Positions 1-50,502 of a stretch of 64,000 nt of DNA are shown piece by piece. The stretch is from the human T2T-CHM13v2.0 reference genome, Homo sapiens. The stretch lies in assembly GCF_009914755.1 (NCBI RefSeq), contig NC_060943.1; one strand, given 5' to 3'. The first letter of the stretch is position 1. Each line of letters opens with the position of its first letter. The translations under genes were made by a program, and so were the position numbers. Below the pieces are notes generated by a model. It made no database searches and was not told where the DNA came from. It saw nothing but the letters and a program-made list of their open reading frames with translations.

Positions 1-12114
<12,114 letters not shown>

Positions 12115-12303
12115 CCATCCGCCATTCCGACTGCTAAAAGCGAATGTAGTCAGGCCCCTTTCATGCTGTGAGACCTCCTGGAACACTGGCATCTCTGAGC
12201 CTCCAGAAGGGGTTCTGGGCCTAGTTGTCCTCCCTCTGGAGCCCCGTCCTGTGGTCTGCCTCAGTTTCCCCTCCTAATACATATGGCTGTTTTCCACCTC
12301 GAT

Positions 12304-12309
12304 AATATA
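12304..12309 (+). terminator. Probable FCGRT polyadenylation signal, non-canonical AATATA
   Basis: No AATAAA seen in the 3' UTR before the Alu block; AATATA is followed ~25 nt later by a GT/T-rich element (GTGTGTTCTCATCATTTTT). Confidence 0.6.
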
Positions 12310-12474
12310 ACACGAGTTTGGGCCCGAATCAGTGTGTTCTCATCATTTTTCAGGCAGGGGAGGTAAGGGAATAAGTCGGGGGACTGAATGGCGGCTGGGC
12401 CTCGGATCTCTCCTACAGGTAACATGCTGCCACAGGGGAACCTGCCAGTTTTATACATCAGGTCATGTATTTTC

Positions 12475-13640
<1,166 letters not shown>

Positions 13641-13719
13641 GTTTGGTATAGAAGTGTTGGAACGTACACCTCTTTCTTAAACCATCCTGACAAAGGGAAA
13701 GGGAAAAATACATTTCCCG

Positions 13720-14210
13720 TGAGGCGTTGTGACTAGAACAGCTGGAGGTGGACGGCAGAGTGCCGCGACGACTGCCAGGAGTTGTAGTTCTCCCCGGCCG
13801 CGTCACTGCGGTGTCGCCCACCCTTCTTCCCCGGGCAGGCCGCGGTTTCCTTTGTGGACGTGGCGAGGAGTGCCCGCGGCACCCCGTGCACTCATTGGCC
13901 CCGCCCCGTGAGACGCTCGTGCGAGCTCATTGGGCGGGGGGCGGGGCTCTGCGCTGCCAGAGGCGGGGCCTGACTGGAGAGCGGCCGAATTGGGCACATT
14001 TGCGGGAACGCAGAGCGGAGCGTGGAGAGCGGAGCGAAGCTGGATAACAGGGTAAAGGGAGTGGGTGGGGGGCCTCTGTCCAGGGAGGGCGGCTCGGGTC
14101 GAGGACCAGGGTCCGGACTGGGAGCAATGACGGGGAGCCTGCCTGACCTCTCGCTGGCCACAACTATGCCCTGCACCTTGCGTGGGATGTGCGCCACGTC
14201 TGTCTCTGTA
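13720..14210 (+). promoter_or_regulatory. RCN3: RCN3 CpG-island promoter
   Basis: CpG-rich, no TATA; ATTGG (inverted CCAAT) boxes near 13894, 13929 and 13989; GC boxes CCCCGCCCC, GGGCGGGG, GGGGCGGGGC. Confidence 0.85.
14010..14051 (+). other. RCN3: RCN3 non-coding exon 1 (start approximate)
   Basis: Ends at donor CAGG|GTAAAG (14051/14052); joining to the acceptor at 14460 gives ...ATAACAGGGGACCGATG. Confidence 0.7.
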
Positions 14211-14465
14211 ATTCCCCCTGGCAGGTCTGGGACCCCCCTGAGACTCCGTCAGAAGATTCGGTCCTCCCCATAGGTGGCTTTACCTCTAAGCATCCCGCCC
14301 TCTTTTCCCCCATCGCCCGCCCTTTTTGAGCCCGAAAGCTTGCAGCCAACTTCCAACTCCCTGTCCTGTCCTAGGTAACCCCTCCACCCCGCCATTCTCC
14401 TATCCCGTGTCTGTCCCCATCCCTGTGACCCCTGACCCCTGGCCTTTGCCACTCCCCAGGGACCG

Positions 14466-29206
<14,741 letters not shown>

Positions 29207-29606
29207 GCACCGCGCACCTGCCACAGCCTCAGAGGCCCGCACAATGACCGGAGGAGGGGCCGCTGTGGTCTGGCCCCCTCCCTGTCCAGGCCCCGCAGGA
29301 GGCAGATGCAGTCCCAGGCATCCTCCTGCCCCTGGGCTCTCAGGGACCCCCTGGGTCGGCTTCTGTCCCTGTCACACCCCCAACCCCAGGGAGGGGCTGT
29401 CATAGTCCCAGAGGATAAGCAATACCTATTTCTGACTGAGTCTCCCAGCCCAGACCCAGGGACCCTTGGCCCCAAGCTCAGCTCTAAGAACCGCCCCAAC
29501 CCCTCCAGCTCCAAATCTGAGCCTCCACCACATAGACTGAAACTCCCCTGGCCCCAGCCCTCTCCTGCCTGGCCTGGCCTGGGACACCTCCTCTCTGCCA
29601 GGAGGC

Positions 29607-29612
29607 AATAAA
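29607..29612 (+). terminator. RCN3 polyadenylation signal AATAAA
   Basis: Canonical hexamer ~400 nt after the stop, followed by a GT-rich element (TTGTGTGTCTGTCTGTTGTCT). Confidence 0.9.
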
Positions 29613-29881
29613 AGCCAGCGCCGGGACCTTGTGTGTCTGTCTGTTGTCTGCCTGTCTCTATGAAGGGTAAGGGGGCCCTGGAGATGGTTTGGGGGCTGTG
29701 ACTGGGAGTTGGGGGCTGAGACATGCAATAGGGGACCAGGCATTTGAAGGAGGGGTGCTGGGTGTTGGAGGGATTGGAGGGCGTTCCTCAGTATAAAACA
29801 AACAAACAAAAAAAATTGGGCCAGGCCCGGTGGCTCACGCCTGTAAGCCCAGCAATTTGGGAGGCTGAGGCGGGTAGATCA

Positions 29882-30160
<279 letters not shown>

Positions 30161-30552
30161 TCAGAGCTCCAGTTCTGTAAGGAAGAGACACAGCGACCTA
30201 AAATATGGCACGGCGCAACAGATGCTGTGAAGCAGGGGAAGCGTGTAGCAGTGTGGCAATGTTCTGATGACTGAGAGGCTGGGAAAGGTCTCAATGGTAA
30301 ATGGAGTGAAGGAGGGAGCCACGGAGAGATCTGGAGGGAGAGCATTCCAGGGAGAGAGAAGAGCAAGTAAAATGGCCCTGAGGCAGGAGTGGGCCTGGTG
30401 TGGCAGCATCAGCAAGGAGGCTAGAGTGGCTGGAAGGGAATGAGCCAGTGGAAGAGGGTCAGAGCTGAGAGCAGATGGGGCAAGTGGCCAGACTGTGCAG
30501 GCCCCTGCAGGCAGGTCATGGTGGTCCCTGTTTGGTGGCACAAGACAGGGAT

Positions 30553-30848
30553 GGACAGAGACCCAGAGAGAAGGGGTGGGGAGTCAGAGAGAGAGGGACA
30601 GAGACCCAGAGAGAGAGGGGAACAGAGACCCAGAGAGAGAGGGACAGAGACCCAGAGAGAGAGGGGAACAGAGACCCAGAGAGAGAGGGGAACAGAGACC
30701 CAGAGAGAGAGGGGAACAGAGACCCAGAGAGAGAGAGGGGAACAGAGACCCAGAGAGAGGGAGACAGAAACTCAGAGAGAGGGAAACAGAGACCCAGAGA
30801 GTGGGGGACAGAGATCCAAAGAGAATGGGGATAGAGACCCAGAGAGAC
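30553..30848 (+). repeat. GA-rich VNTR-like minisatellite, ~12 units of 22-26 bp
   Basis: ACAGAGACCCAGAGAGAGAGGGGA units, near-perfect in the centre. Confidence 0.9.
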
Positions 30849-31256
30849 ACAGAATTTATTCTGAGTGACATGAGAGTCGCTGGAGTGTCATGAGCAGAGG
30901 AGGGATTATAAACTGCTTTGAGTTATTTAAGAGTCGGGTTGGGCGCAGTGGTTCACGCCTGTAATCCCAAGGATTAATCAAGGATTGCTTGAGGCCAGGA
31001 GTTCAAGACCAGTCTGGGATGATCTTTTATAAAGATGGCATCTCTTTTTTTTTTCTTTCTTTTTTTTTGAGACGGAGTCTCGCTCTGTCGCCCAGGCTGG
31101 AGTGCAGTGGCGCACTCTCACCTCACTGCAAGCTCCACCTCCCGGGCTCACGCCATTTATAGAGACCATATCTCTATTTAAAAATTAGTTTATGGCCGGG
31201 CACGGTGGTTCACGCCTGTAATCCCAGCTCTTTCAGAGGCCGAGGCAGGCAGATCA

Positions 31257-31508
<252 letters not shown>

Positions 31509-31653
31509 TTACTAATTAATTTTTAAAAAGGAAATTCAAGAACAGGCAAAACTAATCTGGGGGTTAGAACTCAGGATGTTGTTCACCCTTGCGGGGGAGG
31601 GACCAGAATGGACCTCATGGGCTTCTTATCGGGAGAGGGAGGCTGGAAAATAG

Positions 31654-32148
<495 letters not shown>

Positions 32149-32748
32149 TGATCTTGACTCACTGCAACCTCCACCTCCCGGGCTGAAGTGATTCTCCTGT
32201 CTCAGCCTCCCGAGTAGCTGGGATTACTGGCATGGACCACCACGCCCGGCTAATTTTTGTATTTTTATTAGAGACGGGGTTTCACCATGTTGGCCAGGCT
32301 GGTCTCGAACTCCCGACCTCAGGTGATCCGCCCTCCCCGACCTCCCAAATTTCTGGGATCACAGGCATGAGCCACCGTGCCTGGCCAGTTCGGTTTTTTT
32401 TTTAGGTTTACCTGGGCTTTTTGGAGTGTACCCATGCAGCCAGGTGTGGTTCAGGGTCAGCTAGATATTTGAGTAGAGTTGGGCCGTGTGCGGTGACTCA
32501 CGCCTGTAATCCCAACACTTTGGGAGGCCGAGGCAGGCGGATCATGAGGTCAGGAGATCGAGAGCATCCTGGCTAACACGGTGAAACCCCGTCTCTACTA
32601 AAAATATTTAAAAAATTAGCCTGGGCGTGGTGTTGGGGGCCTGTAGTCCCAGCTACTCGGGAGGCTGAGGCAGGAGAATGGCGTGAACCCGGTAGGCGGA
32701 GTTTGCACCACTGCCCTCCAACCTGGGCGACAGAGGGAGACTCCGTCT

Positions 32749-32783
<35 letters not shown>

Positions 32784-33167
32784 TACTTGAGTAGAGTTTA
32801 TAGAAACCATTCCAGGTACCCTCTCTCCAGCTTTTCTTTTCCAGGATTTATCTCCTCACCTTCCTTTTGCTGTAGTTCTTCAAGCTAGGAAGACTGGATT
32901 TCCCTCTGGTGTTTTAGCTGCCAGTCATGGTATGAACTAGAACTCACCCCCAAGTAAAAGCTGTACAAATAAGAAACTCGCCTTTCTTTTTTCTGAGTGT
33001 CAAGTTCCCTCCAGTTGCTCTGTCTGCTTTTGTTTACCTTCCAGTGCCTTGCCTTTGGGTAATTGTTTTCCACGTTTTTTCCAGGGTTTATAGCTGTTGT
33101 CTGTGTGGGAGGGCTGGAATTTGAATCCAAGCGCGTCTGACTCCAAGCGTTTTCGTATGATAACATA

Positions 33168-33182
33168 CTGCCCTCTAGTGGC
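33168..33182 (-). promoter_or_regulatory. CTCF-binding motif
   Basis: Minus strand GCCACTAGAGGGCAG closely matches the CTCF core consensus; motif only, occupancy not shown. Confidence 0.6.
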
Positions 33183-33483
33183 TGGATGTGGAGAACTGGT
33201 TTATGTGGGAGGAAGGGCATATTGGTAAATCTCTGAGGGCTGCATGTTTGGAAACATTGTTTATCGAAAACAATACCCACACATAGCAACAAATTACTTG
33301 CACAGAACAGTTTATGGTGAAAAACTGCCTAGCATCTTGTCACACTTACTGCTTCTCTCCAGAATTTTTTTAGTTTTAAAATATTCTTGCATATTTTATT
33401 TTAAAATAATGGCCATACTCTCACAGGATACAAAACCCGAAATATACAGGATGCTACAAGCTAAAAACAACGCCTTCCACTAA

Positions 33484-33720
<237 letters not shown>

Positions 33721-33723
33721 TAA

Positions 33724-33921
<198 letters not shown>

Positions 33922-34231
33922 TAGTAGAGACGAGTTTCACTGTGTTAGCCAGGATGGTCTCGATCTCCTGACCTCGTGATCCGCCCCACCTCGGCCTCCC
34001 AAAGTGCTGGGATTAGAGGGGTGAGCCACCGCGCCCAGCCATTTTTTGTATTCTTAATAGAGACGGAGTTTCGCCATGTTGGCCAGGCTGGTCTCGAACT
34101 CCTGATCTCAGGTGATCCGGCTGCCTCGGCCTCCCAAGTGCTGAGATTACAGGCGTGAACCACCATGTCTTGCTAATTTTTGTATTTTTAGCAGAGAGGG
34201 GGTTTCACCATGTTGGTCAGGCTGGTCTTGA

Positions 34232-34675
<444 letters not shown>

Positions 34676-35448
34676 TAATCTTGCTCTGCCACCTAGGCCA
34701 GAGTACTGTGGCACTCCAGTTGCAGAGAGCCAACATTGTGCCATTGCACTCCACTGATCTCAGCTCACTGATCTCAGCCAGCTGCAAGCGATTCTCGTGC
34801 TTCAGCCTCCCTAGTAGCTGGGATTACAGGCGTGTAACACCACGCCCAGCTAATTTTTGTATTTTTAATAGAGATGGAGTTTCACCATGTTGTCCAGTCT
34901 GGTCTCAAACTCCTAAGCTCAAGCAATCTTCCTACCCCAGTCCCACAAAGTGCTGAAATCATGGGCAGGAGCCACTGCGCCCAGCCATTCTAGCTCGTGT
35001 TTTGCTGAGCATCGTCGCATGTCTTTGGGGTACACACACAGGAGTGAGGTAGTGGAGCACCGGCTAGGCGCATTTTTAGCGTTAATCGATATTGCCAATT
35101 CATTTCCCCAGTTTACGTGCCCACCAGCGTTGTAGACAAGTTCCAGTTTCTCCACATCCTGACCAACGCTTATTAGAATAAACTTTTGAACTGTTTTTGC
35201 TTTTAGTTCTTCCGTTGGTGACCTCCCCACTTGCAGATCAGCAGATCAAATCCCCATGCTGTTGACAACACGCTGGGAGCAAAGAGCCAGGTGGAGCTTC
35301 TAACGAAGTCAGATCTTCTGATATTTTAAAAGCTGAGATAAAATTCACAGGCCATAAAATTAACCCTTGGTCGGGCGTGGTGGCTACGCCTGTAATCCTA
35401 GCACTTCAGGAGGCCAAGGTGGGCAGATCACTTGAGGCCAGGAGTTCA

Positions 35449-35694
<246 letters not shown>

Positions 35695-35860
35695 TCACTA
35701 TCCCCTCTCTCTCTGCACTCCCAGCCCCGGACAGCCACTAACTACTTTCTTTTGCTATGGATTTGCCTATTCTGGGCATCTCATTATAAATGCAATCGTA
35801 CGTGTGACCTTTCGTGCTGGGCTTCTTTCAGCATGTTTTCCAGATCCATCCACACTGTAG

Positions 35861-36091
<231 letters not shown>

Positions 36092-36856
36092 TAGCCAAGA
36101 TGGTCTCGATCTCCTGACCTCATGATCTGCCCGTCTCGGCCTCCCGAAGTGCTGGGATTACAGGCATGAGCCACTGCGCCCGGCCCAACGTCATTCCTTT
36201 TTAGGGCTGAGTAATATTCCATGGCACGGGCTAGACCACATTTTGTCTCCACTCATCAGCTGACGGGCTTTTGGGTTGTTTCCACTTCTGGGCTATGGTG
36301 AATGGTGCTGTTAGGGTCATTCATGTGCATTTGTTTTGCCTCAGCCTCCCAAGTAGCTGGGATTAAAGGTGTCTGCCACCACGCCTGGCTAATTTTTGTA
36401 TTTTTGGTAGAGATAGGGTTTCACCATGCTGGCCAGGCTGGTCTCGAACTCATGACCTCGTGATCCGCCCACCTCGGCCTCCCAGATCACGTACATATTT
36501 TTGTGTGGACCTGTTTTCAGTTTCTTGGGTAGATAACTAGGAGGGGAATTGTGAAGCTGATTTTTCCTTTTATACATGTCTCACTCTGTCACCCAGGCTG
36601 GAATACAGAGGTGGGATCACAGCTGGACCTCCTGGGCTCACACCATCTTCTGGCTTCGGTCTCCCATGCAGCTGGGACTACAGGTGGGCACCACCATGCC
36701 CAGCTAATGTATTCTTTTTTGTAGAGATGGGGTCTTGCTACAATGGCCAGGCTGGTCGCCAACTCCTGGGTTCAAGCAATCCTCCTGACTCGGCCTCCCA
36801 AAGTGTTGGGATTACAGGCGTGAACCACCTTGCTTGGGCTGATTTTTTTTTTTTAG

Positions 36857-36997
<141 letters not shown>

Positions 36998-37086
36998 TAA
37001 TTTTTGTATTTTTAGTAGAGACGGGGTTTCACCATGTTGGCCAGGATGGTCTCTATCTCTTGACCTAGTGATCCGCTCCCGCCTCA

Positions 37087-37261
<175 letters not shown>

Positions 37262-37364
37262 TTAAAAAATACAAAAATTATCCAGGCACAGTGGCTCACG
37301 CCTGTAATCTCAGCACTTTGGGAGGCCGAGGCGGGCGGATCACGAGGTCAAGAGTTCAAGATCA

Positions 37365-37589
<225 letters not shown>

Positions 37590-37828
37590 CTAGTTTTTCA
37601 CATGAAATCTCCCAGCTCCTTTTTTGCATTTGAAAACTTCATACAGTAAAATCCACTCCTTTTGGTGAACAGTTCTGAATTCTGATAAACCAGAGTCATG
37701 TAACCACCACAGTCAAAATCCGGAACTGTTCCTTCACACCCCCCCAGAATCTCTCTTGCTACTCCCCACTTTGGGGTCAACTCCTTCCCCTACTCTGGCA
37801 ACGAAAGCTTTGTTCCTGGTTCGTATAG

Positions 37829-38613
<785 letters not shown>

Positions 38614-39238
38614 TGAGTAGCTGGGACTACGGACGCATGCCACGACGCCCGGCTAATTTTTTATATTTTCAGTAAAGACAGGGTTTTACCCTGTTAGCCA
38701 GGATGGTCTCAATCTCCTGACCTCATGATCTGCCCGCCTCAGCCTCCCAAAGTGTTGGGATTATAGGTGTGAGCCACCACGCCTGGCCCGTTTTTAAATC
38801 TTTACAAGTAACTGTAATTTTCTGGACGCGCTGCCTGTGAGCTTCTTGAAACTGGAGCCCTCGGCAGGCACGCCTGCCATCAGCGCCACCAAGCCCAGGT
38901 CTTGCTCTAAACTTTAGACCAGTGTCTAAGGAAACTCTGCTCAAAAAAGACAAGATTTGTCTCACTTCCCGTCTCTTTCTTCTGCTACGGCTGAAGCTGT
39001 GGTTCTGCTCTTGCTTCCTCTCCAAGTACTTTAGAACCTTAAATGACAGAACAGGGTGAGGTGACTCAAATGTGTAATCCCAGCACTTTGGGAATCTGAG
39101 GCGGGTGGATCACTTGAGGTCAGGAGTTGAAGACCAGCCTAGATAGCCGGGTGCGGTGGCTCACGCCTGTAATCCCAGCACTTTGGGAGGCCGAGGCGGG
39201 CGGATCACGAGGTCGGGAGATCGAGACCATCCTGGCTA

Positions 39239-39499
<261 letters not shown>

Positions 39500-40236
39500 C
39501 TAAAAATACAAAACAAACAAACAAAAACCAGCTGGCTGTGCTGGCAGCACCTGTAGTCCCAGCTACCCAGGAGGCTGAGGCAGGAGCCAGGATCACGCAA
39601 GTGCACTCCAGCCTGGGCAATAGAGCAAGGCTCCATCTCAAAACAAAAAAAAAAATGACAGAACAGATTGGAGCCAGGACTTTGACCTCCCCACCCTGCA
39701 CTGCACAAAGAGTCTGTGAACAGAGTGGTGTTTGAGTTCCTTTGGGAAAACACAGGTGCAAGATTAGAAACCCTTCAGGTTATTACTGGGGGCACCGGTG
39801 ATCTGTTCAACATATGAACAAGACTGGGGTTCTTAGATGGCTGAGAAAGCTGGAAGGACTCGGGTGGTTGAGAGGTCTTGAGAAAGAGGACAAGGATTAG
39901 GGATGTGGAAGGAAAGGGTATGACATGGAACTCTGGGTATGGAGGGATGGGGTGGGAGCTTGTGGAGGTGGAGAGGCCAGTGGGTCTCTAGGGGAGGGAG
40001 GACATGAAGGATGGGGGAAGTCCAGGACAAAGTCTGGGGGCGTCTCAGAGGAAACTGGCTCCTGGGGGAACCTGGCTTCCGTCACTCCCTCGAGCACGTG
40101 TGACTTTGCTCAAGTTGTGCCTTCTCGATCATGCCATTGCACTCCAGCCTGGGGAGTGGAAAAGTATTACTCACTGAACAGGATGGTGCATGCACTGTGA
40201 TTCACTTTGGTTGAAACCTCATGTGTACTCACATAA

Positions 40237-40527
<291 letters not shown>

Positions 40528-41202
40528 TGAACTCCTGACCTCGTGATCCACCCGCCTCGGCCTCCCAAAGTGCTGGGATTACAGGCGTGAGCCACCGCAC
40601 CCGGCTATCTAGGCTGGTCTTGAACTCCTGACCTCAAGTGATCCACCCGCCTCAGATTCCCAAAGTGCTGGGATTACAGGCGTGAGCCACCGCACCCGGC
40701 CTGTCTTGTTTTAATCTTTGCTTGTCTCCGTGCTGTTTTTCACACTGCCCAGCAGCTGCTTTTGTGACTCAATGGTTATTAAACACAAGGCCTTAAGGAC
40801 AGCCCCTACATTCCCAGTCAAGTCTGACGCCACTGGGCTGGTTCCTGGTCCCCGCTCTGCCCTGGCTCCCTCACTCTCCCCTGTACGCCCTCTGCTCCTT
40901 AAATCTGCAAAGTGCGTTGCTGCCTCTGGGCCTTTGCACTCGCGGTTTCCTCTTCCTTTCCCCCTCAGGCTGCCACAGGTGGGGGCGTGATGCTCCTGAC
41001 CGCCTTTCCTAGTCCGGGTGCTGCGCACTTTTTCACAGAACTGCACTTCCTTTGTGGGTCTAATCACACTGCAGCCCGGAAGACACGTTCCTGGGCATTT
41101 CCTGTTCTTCAAACCTGGCAAAAATCCGGGAACCCTAACAAAGAACTCGAGAAATTTCTATGTAGCTCATTAAAGTGGCGCACTCACACGGTCTTGGCTT
41201 AG

Positions 41203-41634
<432 letters not shown>

Positions 41635-41733
41635 TAGGAGCACTGTTTGCACGGCCCTGCATCCTCGCCTGCCCTGTCCCCGGGGCGCCCACGCCGCGAA
41701 TGAAGGCGCCACGTCGTTGCGCACCCAAGCCGG

Positions 41734-41739
41734 TTTATT
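41734..41739 (-). terminator. NOSIP polyadenylation signal AATAAA
   Basis: TTTATT on + strand, 17 nt downstream of the stop codon. Confidence 0.85.
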
Positions 41740-41756
41740 TGGTCTCCCGCACACAC

Positions 41757-46705
<4,949 letters not shown>

Positions 46706-48195
46706 CCTAGGGAGGAAGGGACAGTGGCAGGACTGTGGTTACCGGAGGCAGGCAGCACAGGGAAGACCTCTGCAGCCCTCAGAGCTGATCTGCCCCCCTT
46801 GATGGGAAAGCGGAGGCGGAGAAGGGGGGTGAGGTGGAAGAGAGGGAGGGCATGTGGTCGCCAGGCCTCCTCCAGGAAGTCCTCCTTCCAGACTCACCTA
46901 GACTCATTTATATGTGAAAATAGCACCTTTAACAACAAAACTCTTTGTTTGGAGGTAAGAGGGTGAGAGACCAGAGTTCAAATTCTAGCCACTACTTCAG
47001 ATTAGCTAGGGTGGTGGCTGTGCCATTTAATGGAGGGGAAAAAAAAAGACACCAAGGGGGCCACTATTGTTGATGAATCCACTCCACCTTCCCTTCCCCT
47101 CTCATATCTGTAAGCTCTGACTGAGGCCAAGGCGTGGACCAGCCCAGTGATTGGCTCAAGGCTGGGCACTTAGCTAAGGCTTGACACTTAGCTAAGGCTT
47201 GACCCAATCGCTGCCTGCCAGTCCACTAGCGACTGGATCTAGCAGCTGTGATTATGTCTCAGATCGACCGATCAGAGGGCAGGTCAGAGTAGGGCTCTGT
47301 GTCTAGGGGAAGAGCTACCTCCACTCCCACTGCAGGTAAAGGAGGAAGAGAAGACCCCAGAACCCTGGAGCTCAATTCAAAAAGCAAAGCTTTTTTTATT
47401 CTGTAAGTTTTCAAACACATACAAAACCAGAATAGTATAAGGAACCCCCATGATGTACCCATGTCCTGCGGTCCAGCAGCTGTCAACATTTTGCCACCTT
47501 ACTTTGATACCTTTGATCATTCCCCATACTTAAGGGCAACCCCCACCCTTTTAAATGACTTTATTGAGACACAATTCACATACCATAAAATTAACCCTTT
47601 TAAAGTGGTTTCAGACCAGGTGTAGTGGCTCACGCCTGTAATCTCAGCACTTTGGGAGGCTGAGTCAGGTGGATCACTTGAGTTCAGGAGTTCAAGATCA
47701 GCCTGGCCAACATGGTGAAACCCCGTCTCTACTAAAAATACAAAAATTAGCTGGGCGTGGTGGCACACGCCAGTAATCCCAACTACTCGGGAGGCTGAGG
47801 CACTGAGAATCACTTGAGCCCAGGAGGCAGGGGTTGCAGTGAGCCGACATCATGCCACTGCACTCCAACCTAGACAGAGCAAGGCTCTGTCACAATTAAA
47901 AAAAAAAAAAAAAAGACATTGCCTAAGCCAAGATAATGCACATTTATTCCTATGTTTTCTTCTAGGGGTTTGATCATTTTAACTTTTACTTTTTGAGTTA
48001 ATTTTTGTGTATGGTGTGAGGAAGGGAGCCCCCTACTTTTCTGGAGTTCATTTGTAAAAGGAGAAGCCCTGAACCCACAGAGGCTGGGCAGCTTTCACCA
48101 AGACTGCTTGGCCAGTAAACAGCCTGCATGCCTGTTTGTTTGTTTGTTTTTTGAGACGGAGTTTCACTCTTGTTGCCCAGACTGGAATGCAATAG

Positions 48196-48468
<273 letters not shown>

Positions 48469-48784
48469 TAGAGCCAGGCTCAGGGCTCACGCCTGTAATC
48501 CCAAAACTTTGGGAGGCTGAAGCAAGAGGACTGTTGAGCCCAGGAGATGGAGATGAGCCTAGGCAACACAGCAAGATCCATCTCTATTAAATTTAAAAAC
48601 AAAGAAGTTGATGGCCAGGTGCAGTGGCTGATGCCTGTAATCCCAGCACTTTGGGAAGCCGAGGCGGGGGCGGATCACGAGATCAAGAGATCGAGACCAT
48701 CCTGGCCAACATGGTGAAACCCTGTCTCTACTAAAAATACAAAAATTAGCTGGGTGTGATGGCACATGCCTGTAGTCCCAGCTA

Positions 48785-48940
<156 letters not shown>

Positions 48941-49178
48941 TCACTCATCTCTAAGTTGCCACCTAAAAATTCTCCCAAGCTTAAACAGTTGCAAAGGATA
49001 CAATTTCCAGCAACGTAAATGTGTAGCTGATGGAATCTAAATACTGTAATAATTTGAGACCATTTGAAAAATGCAAGAAAAAGCTGTTTCAACAGCAGAA
49101 AATTATACATGTCCTGTTTTTCTCTTTGAACTTGTATTTCCGTTCCACTTCCCTCTCTGCCACCCATTTTTAATCTAA

Positions 49179-49687
<509 letters not shown>

Positions 49688-49934
49688 TAGTAGAAACAGG
49701 GTTTTACCATATTGGCTAGGCTGGCCTTGAACTCCTGACCTCAGGTGATCCACCCGCCTCGGCCTCCCAAAGTGCTGGGATTACAGGTGTGAGCCACTGT
49801 GCCCAGCCTGAAAATACTTGCTTTAGTGATCACCCTGTTATATGTCTCTGCAAGAAATAAAAAATATGGATAGGAAATCCTTTTAAACATTTCCCATTGT
49901 TCCTAGGCTATAAGAGTCCAATACTCTTCTAGAT

Positions 49935-50105
49935 CAGTGGTTCTCAAAGTGTGGGTCCTAGGACCCTGTGGTCCCCCAACACATTTCTAGACAGTCTGCA
50001 AGATCAAAACTGTTGTCTTAATAATACTAAGACATTATTTGCCTTTCTGATTCTCATTCTCTCACAAGTACACCAGAGGCTCCATGAGGTGTGACACTGC
50101 AACAC
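49935..50105. mobile_element. hAT-Charlie-type DNA transposon end fragment
   Basis: Begins CAGTGGTTCTCAAAGTGTGG, a Charlie/MER5-like terminus. Confidence 0.55.
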
Positions 50106-50247
50106 TAAATTAGTAGTAATTTGTTACAACAATGATAGGAAACTAATATAGTCACCAGGGAAACGCACATTAAAACTTCACTGAAGGCCGAGCACCGTGG
50201 CTTACACCTGTAATCCCAGCACTTTGGAGGCTGAAGCGGGCAGATCA

Positions 50248-50502
<255 letters not shown>

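Noticed and set aside
13880-13935. Canonical ERSE or ERSE-II in the RCN3 promoter
   Set aside because: Half-site sequence and spacing (CGTGC-N4/N6-ATTGG) do not fit either consensus.
30440-30893. Arg/Glu-rich repetitive ORFs; array superficially CRISPR-like
   Set aside because: Translation of a GA-rich minisatellite; no unique spacers, no cas genes, mammalian context.
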